From Octopus bimaculoides (Eukaryota): DNA of 32,587 nt. This document shows, piece after piece, positions 9,861-19,660 of this stretch (positions are counted from its first letter, which is position 1; each line of letters begins with the position of its first letter). The stretch is from the NCBI RefSeq assembly GCF_001194135.2, contig NC_069005.1:19818032-19850618 (forward strand), in the 5' to 3' direction. The translations under genes and the position numbers were made by a program. The notes below the pieces were generated by a model, which made no database searches, was not told the origin of the DNA, and worked only from the letters and a program-made list of their open reading frames with translations.

Positions 9861-10412
9861 ATATGGTTTTGTGGTTTAAGAACTTTGTTTTACAACCATA
9901 TGGTCTCAGGTTTAAACCCATTGTGTGACATCTTGGGCAAGGGTCTTCAATAGATGAATGTCTTGTGAGTGAAATTGGCAGATAGAAATTGCATGGAAAC
10001 CCATTGTGTATGTGTGTGTTTGTGCTTGTATGTGTGTGTGTGTGTACAAATGTATGTATACATGCATGTATGTATGTGTGTGTATATATATATATCTATT
10101 TACATGTATTTACACACACATATACAAGTATATGTGTGCGTGTATATATATATATATATATATTTATACGCAACTACGCATGTCTGTGTGTGTGTTTGTC
10201 TGTCTTTATGTTTGACACTGCTTGAAGAACAAAAAAAAAAACAGTGTCCATGTTTATTAGAGGTGTAATAAATGTGAATTGCTATAATAAGTACCAAAGT
10301 TGCAAAACAAGAACACAAATACTGGGATTGACATAAATGACTGAAACCCTTCAAGACATTGCTCCAGTATGGCAGCAACCAAGAGACTAGAACAAGTCCA
10401 AGACTAAAAGGA
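9861..10412 (+). mobile_element. tRNA-derived SINE family 2 with central (TG)/(TA) microsatellite, near full length
   Basis: Head gtggtttaag...ggtttaaaccc, central cttgggcaag motif (CORE/V-like), internal TG/TA tract, 3' part ataagtacc...ctccagtatggcagc...gactagaacaagt. Homologous minus-strand copies at 12990, 14105 and 15062. Confidence 0.8.
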
Positions 10413-10834
10413 ATCCTTATCTTGTCATGGTATAAGCGGTTAATTCATTTAAACTGCGACAGAAGGGGGTAAAAGTATGCATTTTCTCTCAGTAACCAGT
10501 ATTTCTGTTATTCAAGAACTGTTGATTGTCTTTGATGCTGTTTGTTGCTGGAACTATGCAGCATATCGTAGTTATATTGGAATCTGTATATAGTTTCATA
10601 TTTGTACTTGTTTGGGTAGTAGTATTGTAGTGGTATTGTTGTATATGTAGCAGTATGTGATAGTGGTGTAGTTGTTTTAGTAGTGATATAAGGTGGTGAG
10701 ATTGTAGTATATAGTGGTATCTAGTGTATATACTGCTATATAGTAGCAGTGTGTGATGTTGTAGTGGTCTGGTTGTATTGGTAGTAGTATTTAGTGGTGT
10801 AAGGTCTACATACTATTATATAGTAGCAGTGTAT

Positions 10835-11240
10835 CATCATCTCATCTCACCTCAGTTATGCTGCTTGCATGGATTCCCATGACTCTCTGTCGCTCCCCCA
10901 TCCACTATTCCTGAAAGGGTCATGGAGATAGAGTCCTCAGGCTTGAGTCATAGGGACTCTCTCATGAGCTGATTACACAACCATGGACATTGTCCCTATG
11001 GATGCATTGCAGTTTCTCCCTTGATAGAGCCTGGTGATCCTGTCTGTTGATCTTCTAGGATTCCTCTGCCCAGCATCAATGCAAGACTCACTGTTGGCTC
11101 AGTTGAGCTCTTCTGCTACCTCTTCACAATTTGCTATGCTGCAGTCCCATGACTTTGCTGTATCCCTGGGAGGGTGGCTGAATGGGTGCTATGTCTTGCC
11201 AAAAGGTGGCCTGTAACTATGCAGGGCACAGTTGTCACTC
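10835..11240 (-). mobile_element. Decayed LINE (RTE-like) 3' end
   Basis: (CAT)n-like tail then gcatggattcccatgactctctgtcgc, whose reverse complement resembles the WRERVREIRA-type C-terminus of RTE-clade ORFs I recall; heavily frameshifted. Confidence 0.4.
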
Positions 11241-11399
11241 TTAGAGTTATTTTCAAAATATCTGTATACCCACAGCAGTGTATAATATTGTATTAATTGT
11301 GGAATAGTTGTATAAATAATGCTACAGAGTGTTGTTTTGTATGTAAAGGAGTGTCACTGTCATATAAGCAGTGTCATTCTTTCCCAACATTCTGTGCAA

Positions 11400-11545
11400 A
11401 CATGTCTGGCCACGGGGAAAATGTTGCCTTACTTGGAAACAGGTGAGGGTTGGTGACAGTAAGGGCATCGAGCTGTAGAATAATCTGCCTCAATAAACTT
11501 TATCCAACCTATGCGAGCATGGAAAAGTTGATGTTCAAAATGATG
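11400..11545 (+). mobile_element. (GAT)n-tail family copy
   Basis: aagggcatcgagctgtagaa...tccaacctatgcgagcatggaaaagttgatgttcaaaatgatgag. Confidence 0.7.
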
Positions 11546-12186
11546 AGGAATGATGATAACATACCCACCAAGAGGTGTGTATGTTTGAGGTAGTGGGGTG
11601 GGTGGGGGAGAGGAAGAAGTGGTGGTAAATAAAAATACAAAGGAGTGGAAAATAATTAGGGAAACTTGCCATGTTTTAATGATGGTGGTTTTGGTGGTGG
11701 TGGGGGAGGCATGCTAAATGTTATTTGGTATGGATGGTATCTATGTTTGCCACCTTTTGTAGTGTTAATAGTGGTGATGGTGGTGGTAATGGTGTTGATG
11801 TTTGATGTCTTTTACAATAGTGATAATGGTGGTGGTTGTGGTGCTAATGAGGTTACTTTCTGAGGTTGGACTAAGAAGATAATAGTGCTGTTAGTTTTTG
11901 GGTCAGTTTAGATTGGGTCAACCTATAATAAGAGGCTTTTTAGCCATAGTAAATCCATTGTTTTTTTTTTCTTCCACATGGGGGACTACGTTGCCTGATT
12001 TGTCCTTCATAAGTATGATTACAAAGTGATCTCTGGTTGCCATTTCTTGCAGGCCAGCCACAGGCTGCGAGTATAACTCTTTTTCTTTTTATCTCTCATG
12101 ATAAAGTTAATAATATGTAAAGTTATAAACTTATTAATAATAATTTACCTCTAATATTTAGACAACATTTAAACAAGATAGATGTT

Positions 12187-12223
<37 letters not shown>

Positions 12224-12261
12224 ATGCACATATATATTATATATATGCGTGTGTATTCATG

Positions 12262-12299
<38 letters not shown>

Positions 12300-12845
12300 C
12301 AAGAGTGAGTCAAAAAGTAATGCCATTTTATTTAGGACAGGTATAATTACCAACACAGGAACATGTATCATACATCAAAATGAAGCTGGTCCTCTGTGGA
12401 TCACATCCCTACTTCTCAACATAGTCACCGTTTCTCTCAATAGCAATGTTCCACCTTTGAATGAGAGCATGTATCCCTGTCCTGTAAAATTCTGTTGACT
12501 GTTCTTTGAGCCACTTCTTCACTACAGTTTTCACTTCCTCTACACTGGAATAATGTTTGCCTCTCAAACCCTCTTTCATGAGGCCAAAGAGATGATAGTC
12601 CATTGACAAGGAAGTGAAAACTGTAGTGAAGTGGCTCAAAGAACAGTCAACAGAATTTTACGGGGCACGGATACATGCTCTCATTCGAAGGTGGAACATT
12701 GCTATTGAGAGAAATGGTGATTATGTTCAGAAGTAGGGATGTGATCCACAGAGGACCAGCTTCATTTTGATGTATGATACATGTTCCTGTGTTGGTAATT
12801 ATACCTGTCCTAAACAAAATGGCATTAATTTTTGACTCACCCTCG
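12300..12845. mobile_element. Mariner-derived fold-back element (546 bp) built from two 3' ends, flanked by TA
   Basis: Arms 12300-12539 and 12609-12845 are reverse complements (about 11 substitutions plus one 3-bp indel by eye). Termini are TA-C(A/G)AG(A/G)GTGAGTCAAAAA. It sits in (TA)n and carries a transposase C-terminus. Confidence 0.92.
12409..12600 (-). pseudogene. Mariner (DD34D) transposase C-terminal fragment: DYHLFGLMKEGLRGKHYSSVEEVKTVVKKWLKEQSTEFYRTGIHALIQRWNIAIERNGDYVEK*
   Basis: Matches the canonical mariner C-terminus following YSPDLAPSD (DYHLF...L.G..F...EEVK..V..WL..Q..EFY..GI..L..RW...I...GDYVEK). The ending resembles irritans-subfamily (Hsmar2-like) elements. Confidence 0.9.
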
Positions 12846-12989
12846 TATATATATATATATATATATATATATTACTATGAAGGTCTTTGTCTATTTAGCT
12901 TCTAATCCTATTAAAATAAATATTTTGTTTTTACTTTGTAAAAACACTCCTGCAATCTTGAATGAAAGATAGGGGGAAGGGTTCTCGTT

Positions 12990-13215
12990 TTTATCTCTAT
13001 CTTTTACTTGTTTCAGTCATTGGATGGCAGCCATGCTGGAGTATCACCTTAAAGAGTTTAGTTGATCAAATCGACCCCATTACTTATTTGTTTTTTTCTT
13101 TTTCAAGCCTGGTACTTCTTCTATTGGTTTCTTTTGCTGAACTGATAAGTTACAGTGATGTAAACAAGCCAACACCAGTTGCTAAGCTCTAGTGTGAGAC
13201 ATGCACACATACACA
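12990..13215 (-). mobile_element. SINE family 2, 3' half
   Basis: cttttacttgtttcagtcatt...gccatgctggag...aaatcgacccc...gtaaacaagccaacacc, then (CA)n. Confidence 0.8.
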
Positions 13216-13914
13216 CACACACAAATCATGCACCCATTAACCATACCCTACTCCCTCTTATGTCCTTCAGTGTAGAACCTTCAGGGGACAAACAGGATAA
13301 TAGATTCATTCTCCTGTTACATGGTAGTAGTGGTGGTGGTAGTAGTTATGGTTGTGGTGCTTCTGTTAGTGGTAGAAGAAAATACCCAGATTTTTTTCTA
13401 GTTTTTTTTTTCCTCTCCTTTGCACATAGGGTATTTATATCAAAGTCTCTCCCTATGAACAATAAGCAGGGTGGTGGGGCACATGGGGTAGAGAATCACC
13501 TTTCTTCCCCTGCCCCCTCTATCCTCCCTGGTCCCTACCAAAAAACTACTTAACTGCATTATTGTTTCAAGTGAATAGCAAGGGCTGCTTTTTTTACTCA
13601 AAAAAATCAAGGAATACCAATTTAGCTGACATTCAAACGTAAGTGAGCAGCTAAGCCAAACATTGGTGTCTTTTGGTCTTTCAATCTTTTCAATGCAAAG
13701 ACTTGAGTGATGAAAGCTTACCTGTAACTCCCACCTTTCTGCACGCATGTAATATATAGACTTCTTAATGAAACAAGATAGGGGTTTGTACCATACTCCT
13801 GTTGATGCTGCCACCATTAGTGGTGGTGGTGGAGGGTTCCAATCTCACTATAATCTTCCCAGCTGTTCTTCATAAATGCTTTTAGCAGTTTGATTGTTGT
13901 TGTTCTTGTTATTA

Positions 13915-13952
<38 letters not shown>

Positions 13953-14104
13953 TATTGTGTAGACATTGGACACCAGTGAGGTAGTTCCTAAACTGTTAGC
14001 TATTTCTGTAGAATATGTGAGTGTGTGTGTATGGATGTGTTTGTACACACACACACACACACACACACACATAAATATACACACATACACACTTTTATTC
14101 TTAT

Positions 14105-14290
14105 GTTATTAGTTTTAGTCATTTGATTACAACTATGCTGAGGTACCATTCTCAAAGGGTTTAGTGTGGTACAGGATGTTCATCGCTTCCACACAGTTTC
14201 TATTTACCAATTGCCACTCATAAGGTAGTATTCAGCCTGAGACTTTAGTAGAAGACACTTGCTGAAGGTTCTGTGCACTTGTATTGAAAT
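14105..14290 (-). mobile_element. SINE family 2, internally deleted diverged copy
   Basis: Tail ttttagtcatttgattac joined to head segment cagtttctatttaccaa...gtagaagacacttgc. Confidence 0.65.
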
Positions 14291-15113
14291 GTGGGCCAGT
14301 TGCTGCAGTAGGAACATATGCTGGTCATTGTTATTTATGCTGTAGAAAAGTTTTGGATGTGAATAAATCTCCACTCTCTTCTTGGTTTTCAATTATATAT
14401 ATGTTTGTGTGTGTGTGTGTGTGTGTGTATGTACACATACTCACTCACACTCATATATATATATATATGTACAGAAATGCATACATATGCATATTTATCT
14501 GAAGAGACGTATCAACATATTTATGCATATATACATGCACACACATATATATATATATTGATTAGCAGAAGTTACAAACATAAGTGTGTTGGTACTTATC
14601 AAGTTTGATAAATATTAATGCATGAAACTCTCCTGTTGGTTTCACCCAAACCTATATATATATATTATATAATACACACACTCACACATACATGTTAATG
14701 CTTAATTTTGTTTTCTCCCCTCGGCTGTAAAATATTCCAAATATTCTTCAGTGTCTTCCTTGTAATTCTGGAAGAAGAATGGCAAAAATAAATAAATAAA
14801 ATAAATAATAAAAGACAACAAAGAGCATCCTCCCTTCCTATTCTCTCCTTCCTTCCTCTTAGCATGTCTGTAAAGAGAGAGGCAGAGAGAGAGAGAGAGA
14901 GGGGGGGGGAGCATTGTTTGATAACTAAAATGTTGCTGTGTTCAAAATGTTTCACTCCTCCCTTTGTTGATATCTAATATGAAGAGAAGTGAAAAAGCAG
15001 AACTGCAACACCACCACTACCACTACCACTACCACTATTACTGCTACCAAGATATTATCTGTATCTCTTATCTTGTTTTAGTCATTGCACTGTGGTCATG
15101 CTGGAGCACTACC

Positions 15114-15757
15114 NNNNNNNNNNNNNNNNNNNNNNNNNNNNNNNNNNNNNNNNNNNNNNNNNNNNNNNNNNNNNNNNNNNNNNNNNNNNNNNNNNNNNNN
15201 NNNNNNNNNNNNNNNNNNNNNNNNNNNNNNNNNNNNNNNNNNNNNNNNNNNNNNNNNNNNNNNNNNNNNNNNNNNNNNNNNNNNNNNNNNNNNNNNNNNN
15301 NNNNNNNNNNNNNNNNNNNNNNNNNNNNNNNNNNNNNNNNNNNNNNNNNNNNNNNNNNNNNNNNNNNNNNNNNNNNNNNNNNNNNNNNNNNNNNNNNNNN
15401 NNNNNNNNNNNNNNNNNNNNNNNNNNNNNNNNNNNNNNNNNNNNNNNNNNNNNNNNNNNNNNNNNNNNNNNNNNNNNNNNNNNNNNNNNNNNNNNNNNNN
15501 NNNNNNNNNNNNNNNNNNNNNNNNNNNNNNNNNNNNNNNNNNNNNNNNNNNNNNNNNNNNNNNNNNNNNNNNNNNNNNNNNNNNNNNNNNNNNNNNNNNN
15601 NNNNNNNNNNNNNNNNNNNNNNNNNNNNNNNNNNNNNNNNNNNNNNNNNNNNNNNNNNNNNNNNNNNNNNNNNNNNNNNNNNNNNNNNNNNNNNNNNNNN
15701 NNNNNNNNNNNNNNNNNNNNNNNNNNNNNNNNNNNNNNNNNNNNNNNNNNNNNNNNN
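15114..15757. other. Assembly gap (N run)
   Basis: Ns. Confidence 1.
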
Positions 15758-15838
15758 ATATAGACACAGACACTTACACACATAAGTAAGTGTTGAACAA
15801 TGAGAATGAGTGCTTAATACTGCATTGGTGGATAAAAT

Positions 15839-16055
15839 TTCTTTATTTGTGTATTAAGGTTACCATTGGTTTCATGTAAAGAAAAAATATCTTAATATCG
15901 TAACAATTTTTCAAGCCGATCACATGGAGGAATGGTGTTTCATCCAAAATGGAGACAAACACCGTTCCTCCATGTGATTGGCTTGAAAAATTAAGACATT
16001 AAGATATTTTTCTTTACATGAAACCAATAGTATCCTTAATACACAAATACAGAAT
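15839..16055. repeat. Near-perfect ~215-bp palindrome (arms ~105 bp, 5-nt loop); probable fold-back MITE
   Basis: tatttgtgtattaagg...cacatggaggaatggtgttt pairs with aaacaccgttcctccatgtg...ccttaatacacaaata. Inner tcc-aaaat-gga closes the loop. Confidence 0.9.
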
Positions 16056-16510
16056 ATATATATATATATATACGATGAGCTTCTACACAGTTTCCGTCTA
16101 CCAAATTCATTTGCAAGGCATTGGTTGTCCCAGAACTATAGTAGAAGACACTTACTCAAGGTATCACACAATGGAACTGAACTCAAGACCACATGGTTGC
16201 AAAGCAAGCTTCTTACCACCACAACCATACCTATACCTATTGCAAGCATTCTGCTGGAAACCCTTCCCCTATTTAACATTTGTTATTGCATATTCTCTGT
16301 AGTGACCTTCACTTTAAAAGTTCTCACATAATGTTGATCCATGTAGCGTTTCTCTATCAACATTTTAGTGCCTTACTGTGTGTCCAGCCATGACCATCAC
16401 ATCTGTTTTCTGTCAAATAACATTTAGCTGTAATTTCTTACAAATAAGAGAGATCATGTTCTGCTCTCATAAGTTTCTTTTCTTCTACTTCTCTGTCTCT
16501 CTCTCTCTCT

Positions 16511-16549
<39 letters not shown>

Positions 16550-16562
16550 TATATATGAGTCT

Positions 16563-16712
16563 AGGACATTTACCCCCCATGGACAATTACTCCTGACGAC
16601 AACAGATGATGATTTAAAACTTCTTAATATATTGGAGAGGGGGTAATTAACCAACGGGGGTAGTTGTCGTTGGGGGGAAATTATCCTATGGAGGGGTGGG
16701 GGTAATTGTCCT
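16563..16712. mobile_element. Small MITE with internally repetitive TIRs (GGACAATTACCCCC units)
   Basis: AGGACATTTACCCCC...GGGGGTAATTGTCCT, with repeated ggacaattac/gacaac subunits in both arms; flanked by TA-rich DNA. Confidence 0.7.
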
Positions 16713-16717
16713 GATAT

Positions 16718-16754
<37 letters not shown>

Positions 16755-17039
16755 ATTACTGTATATTTGTACTATTGCCTATTGGAATTATTTTCTGATG
16801 CTGTTTGACATTTGAAAGTCTTAAAGTGTCAAAATCACACTGATATGTGATTGGCTGCTGGTGAGAGAAGTTCTGCAGTTATGTTTAACATGTTTTCATT
16901 CCTATTAATGTGTCTGTTGGTTGTCAATGTCCTGTTTGGTTTATTTTGCTTACTCAGAATAAGATCCTTAGTTTGTTTTATTGTTCCTTGGTAGAATATT
17001 TATGAAGGATAATGGTAAATCTTATCCATGGATAATAGT

Positions 17040-17147
17040 GTAACATGAAATTTTGATGGAAGGTTTTGATCTATCTCACTTTAAAACAAGAAATTGGTAT
17101 CATAGAACTAGAGCGATCTTGGGTGAGTTCATATCACAAGGGTTAAT
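17040..17147 (+). mobile_element. MITE family B, 3' half
   Basis: taacatgaaattttgatggaagg...cactttaaaacaagaaattggtatcatagaac...caagggTTAA. Confidence 0.7.
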
Positions 17148-17299
17148 CAGTGTGGTCAGGGATGTGATAATATCATGTGATGGAGCACTATCATGAATAT
17201 AGGGTTGGCATTAAAATGTCTAAGATATCTTCAGTTTTTTGTATAGGAACTGAGAAAATTTGTCTTTTTTTTGCGCATGTGTGTTTTCATTATAATGTA

Positions 17300-17870
17300 T
17301 TGTTTAATTGCCTTCAAGATGCATTCTCCTCTCTTATCTCTCTCTCATATTTTCCCCTCTTATCTCTCTCCTTTGCATTCTCCCCTCGTCTCTCTCTCTT
17401 TAATATTCTCTCTTATCTCTCTCTTGCATCCTCCCCTCTTATCCCTCTTTCATTTTCTTCCTTCTTATCTCTCTCTCTCTTTCTCACACACACACACATT
17501 CTCCCCTCTTATCACTTTCTTATCTTTTCATTCACCCCTTTCAATATCTCTCCCTCACTCTCGTACTGCATGTCTGTCTGTTTGTCTGTCTCTCTCAATC
17601 TCATACTATCTCTTACACTGTCTGTTTCTCTCTCTCCCTCTTTCACTCGCTCCTCATACTGTCTGCCTTTCTTGTTCTGTCTGTTTGTCTTAATCTCATA
17701 CAATCTCTATGTCTGCTTTTCTCACTCTCACTCTCTCTTCATACTGTCTGTCTTTCTTGTGTTTTCTCTCTCTTGTTCTGTCTGTCTCTCATTCTCTCTC
17801 TCTCTCCCACTCTTTCATATTCTCTCTCCCACTCTTTCATATTCTCTCTCCCTCTCTACACATTCTCAAT
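17300..17870. repeat. Long CT-rich low-complexity tract
   Basis: About 570 bp of (CT)n/(CTGT)n-derived sequence just upstream of the 17912 exon. Confidence 0.9.
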
Positions 17871-17911
17871 TTGTATCCATATATACATGTTCATATTTTT
17901 GTATTCATCAG

Positions 17912-18070
17912 ACTCTCTCGATCTGAAAGCAATCCTGAAATACCCCCTCCGCGGCCGGTACTTCCCAAAGAATTCAGGTACCAGGCACTAAAACGTCCAC
18001 CGAAACAGCCAAAATCTGTTCCAAGCAGCAGAGGCTTTTCCCACAGATGGTCTGTAGATGGAAGCGGCAG
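17912..18070 (+). CDS. Probable internal coding exon (159 nt, phase 2/2): LSRSESNPEIPPPRPVLPKEFRYQALKRPPKQPKSVPSSRGFSHRWSVDGSG
   Basis: Acceptor ttttgtattcatcAG (17910-17911) and donor CAG|GTTAGA at 18071, with an alternative same-phase donor CAG|GTACCA at 17978. 7 CpG in 159 nt, open frame within ORF 17709..18131. Phase matches the 1359-1586 exon. Confidence 0.6.
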
Positions 18071-18612
18071 GTTAGAGCAAGAACAAAAAAAAAAAAAAAG
18101 CATCTTTGCAACATGCTTGCTTGTTTTGTAGTTAGTTCTGTCTAGCTAGCAAGCGCTTCTTCCTTTACTTCTTAGCTCTTCCTACTCCTCCTTGAGAGTC
18201 TTAGCTAATTATTGTTATATATGTTTATTCTTTGTTTAATTATTAACTTCTCCATGGTTAATTTTCATTTGAATTTCTGAGATGATTAATTATACATTGA
18301 TATATTCAGACTAATGTCCTCATTTTAGTTGTTATAGTCACAGTGTTCTAGCTTTTATACACTCTAATCTCCTCTTTCATGTTCAGTAGTAACATTTTCA
18401 GAATTTCAAACCAAACCACAGAAGTTACATTTGTAATGATAAGATGGTTGTGTGTGTGTGGGTCAGCTGTGTAATGATTTGGTATTGAGTCCAATGTTGA
18501 CTGAATGGACACAAATTCTGTCGAGACTTTTAAATGAAAAAAATATTCCTTTATTGTAAACAAAGTATAGGATGCCTCTACTATCAACAACAGAACAATT
18601 ATTCACATAGCA

Positions 18613-18833
18613 ATCATGGTTCCAAATTTTGGCACAAGGCCAGCAATTTCAGGAGAGGGGGTAAGTCAGTTACATTGACCCCCAGTGCTCAACTGGTATT
18701 TATTTTATCGATTCCAAATGGATGAAAGGCAAAGTCAACCTTGGCAAAATGAGAACTCAGAACATAGAGATGGGTGAAATACTGCTAAGCATTTTGCTTA
18801 GTGCAGCAACAATTCTGCCTGTTCACCACCTTA
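18613..18833 (-). mobile_element. SINE family 1 full-length copy, minus strand
   Basis: Reverse complement matches 951-1168, including the gctggccttgtgccaaaatt tail. Confidence 0.9.
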
Positions 18834-19294
18834 TTCACACAGCAATAATGAGATAGGGAGACCACTGGTCATTTGACAACATGACAGTAATCCATTGGAA
18901 TGATTTGGTGGATTTGAGGAATTAGATGATTCAGTTGTGCTGCTGCTGCCATTTTTGTCATGGTCATGACAGCTGCAGATACTGTTCTCTTGCTTACTGC
19001 AAGCTAGTGGCTAAAATATTCTAAACATGTAGCTGATGTTCTTGTCGGAGAAAGTGTACCAAAGATGAAATCCTGTTCCACCAGAAGTTTGAGTGTTTAG
19101 TGTTTTGATGAAATCAGTATTTGAGTGATTTGTGATCGTGTCTGTTTAGTTGTTTTTGTATTGTATATTGTGATCCAGGTTTGATTGCTGGGTGGTTTGT
19201 GACTACCAAATATTCCTACTACAGAGTGTTCTCATTCCATTGTCCACATATGGAGTATTCTAATATTAGTTACATTCCTATCTACAATGTTGCC

Positions 19295-19410
19295 AAACCT
19301 TTCGTTGCCAAATTTCTTTCTCAAAATGAACATAAATTAACATAAAATTTTGAAGGAAGGTTTTAATTTAGATCACTTTAAAACAGGAAGTTTGTATCAT
19401 AGACCCGCAA
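19295..19410 (+). mobile_element. MITE family B, internally deleted copy
   Basis: aaacctttcgttgccaaatttc joined to gaacataaattaacataaaattttgaaggaagg...gatcactttaaaacaggaagtttgtatcatag. Confidence 0.7.
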
Positions 19411-19597
19411 ACAATCTCACATTTGTTGGTTTAACTAAACAAGGGAACAATATTACAAATATGAAAACACTTGAGGTTTCAATAACCCCCAAATACACAC
19501 TAGAGTATGGACAATGGAACAAAACCCATCTACCTCCTTAGATCTTATAAAGAATTTGGTTTGAAATTCTGAGAGTGTTTCTAAATATGATAGACAA

Positions 19598-19660
19598 TTG
19601 AAGATGCCAGGAGGTACAACTGGCAAAATGTGACCATAACAACCAAGATTCAGGAATTAG
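19598..19660 (+). mobile_element. Decayed Penelope-like-element terminal motif with a hammerhead-like core
   Basis: TTGAAGA-tgccag-gaggtacaa-ctggca-AAA-tgtg...ataacaaccaagat, which is CTGAAGA-stem-CGAAACG with changes consistent with CpG decay. Confidence 0.4.

Larger units (their letters stand above)
15062..16238 (-). mobile_element. SINE family 2 copy interrupted by an N gap and the hairpin element
   Basis: Tail at 15062-15113 (tcttgttttagtcattgcactgtggtcatgctggagcac). Head at about 16071-16238 (cagtttccgtctaccaaa...gtagaagacac...gaactgaactc...cttcttaccac). That the two parts are one copy is inferred across the gap. Confidence 0.7.

Noticed and set aside
10600-10835. GTA-rich tract with short actgcta/tagcagt hairpins
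   Set aside because: Low-complexity degenerate microsatellite; the 7-bp stems are expected by chance.
12300-12845. Autonomous mariner or SETMAR-like domesticated gene
   Set aside because: Only the last ~63 codons are present, with no N-terminal DNA-binding domain, no first two catalytic aspartates and no splice signals linking it to a host ORF.
13271-13323. Exon candidate VEPSGDKQDNRFILLLH (good acceptor, phase 2 start)
   Set aside because: It ends in phase 1, breaking the 1586-17912 frame, and runs into GTA/GGT low-complexity DNA. RNA-seq could revive it.
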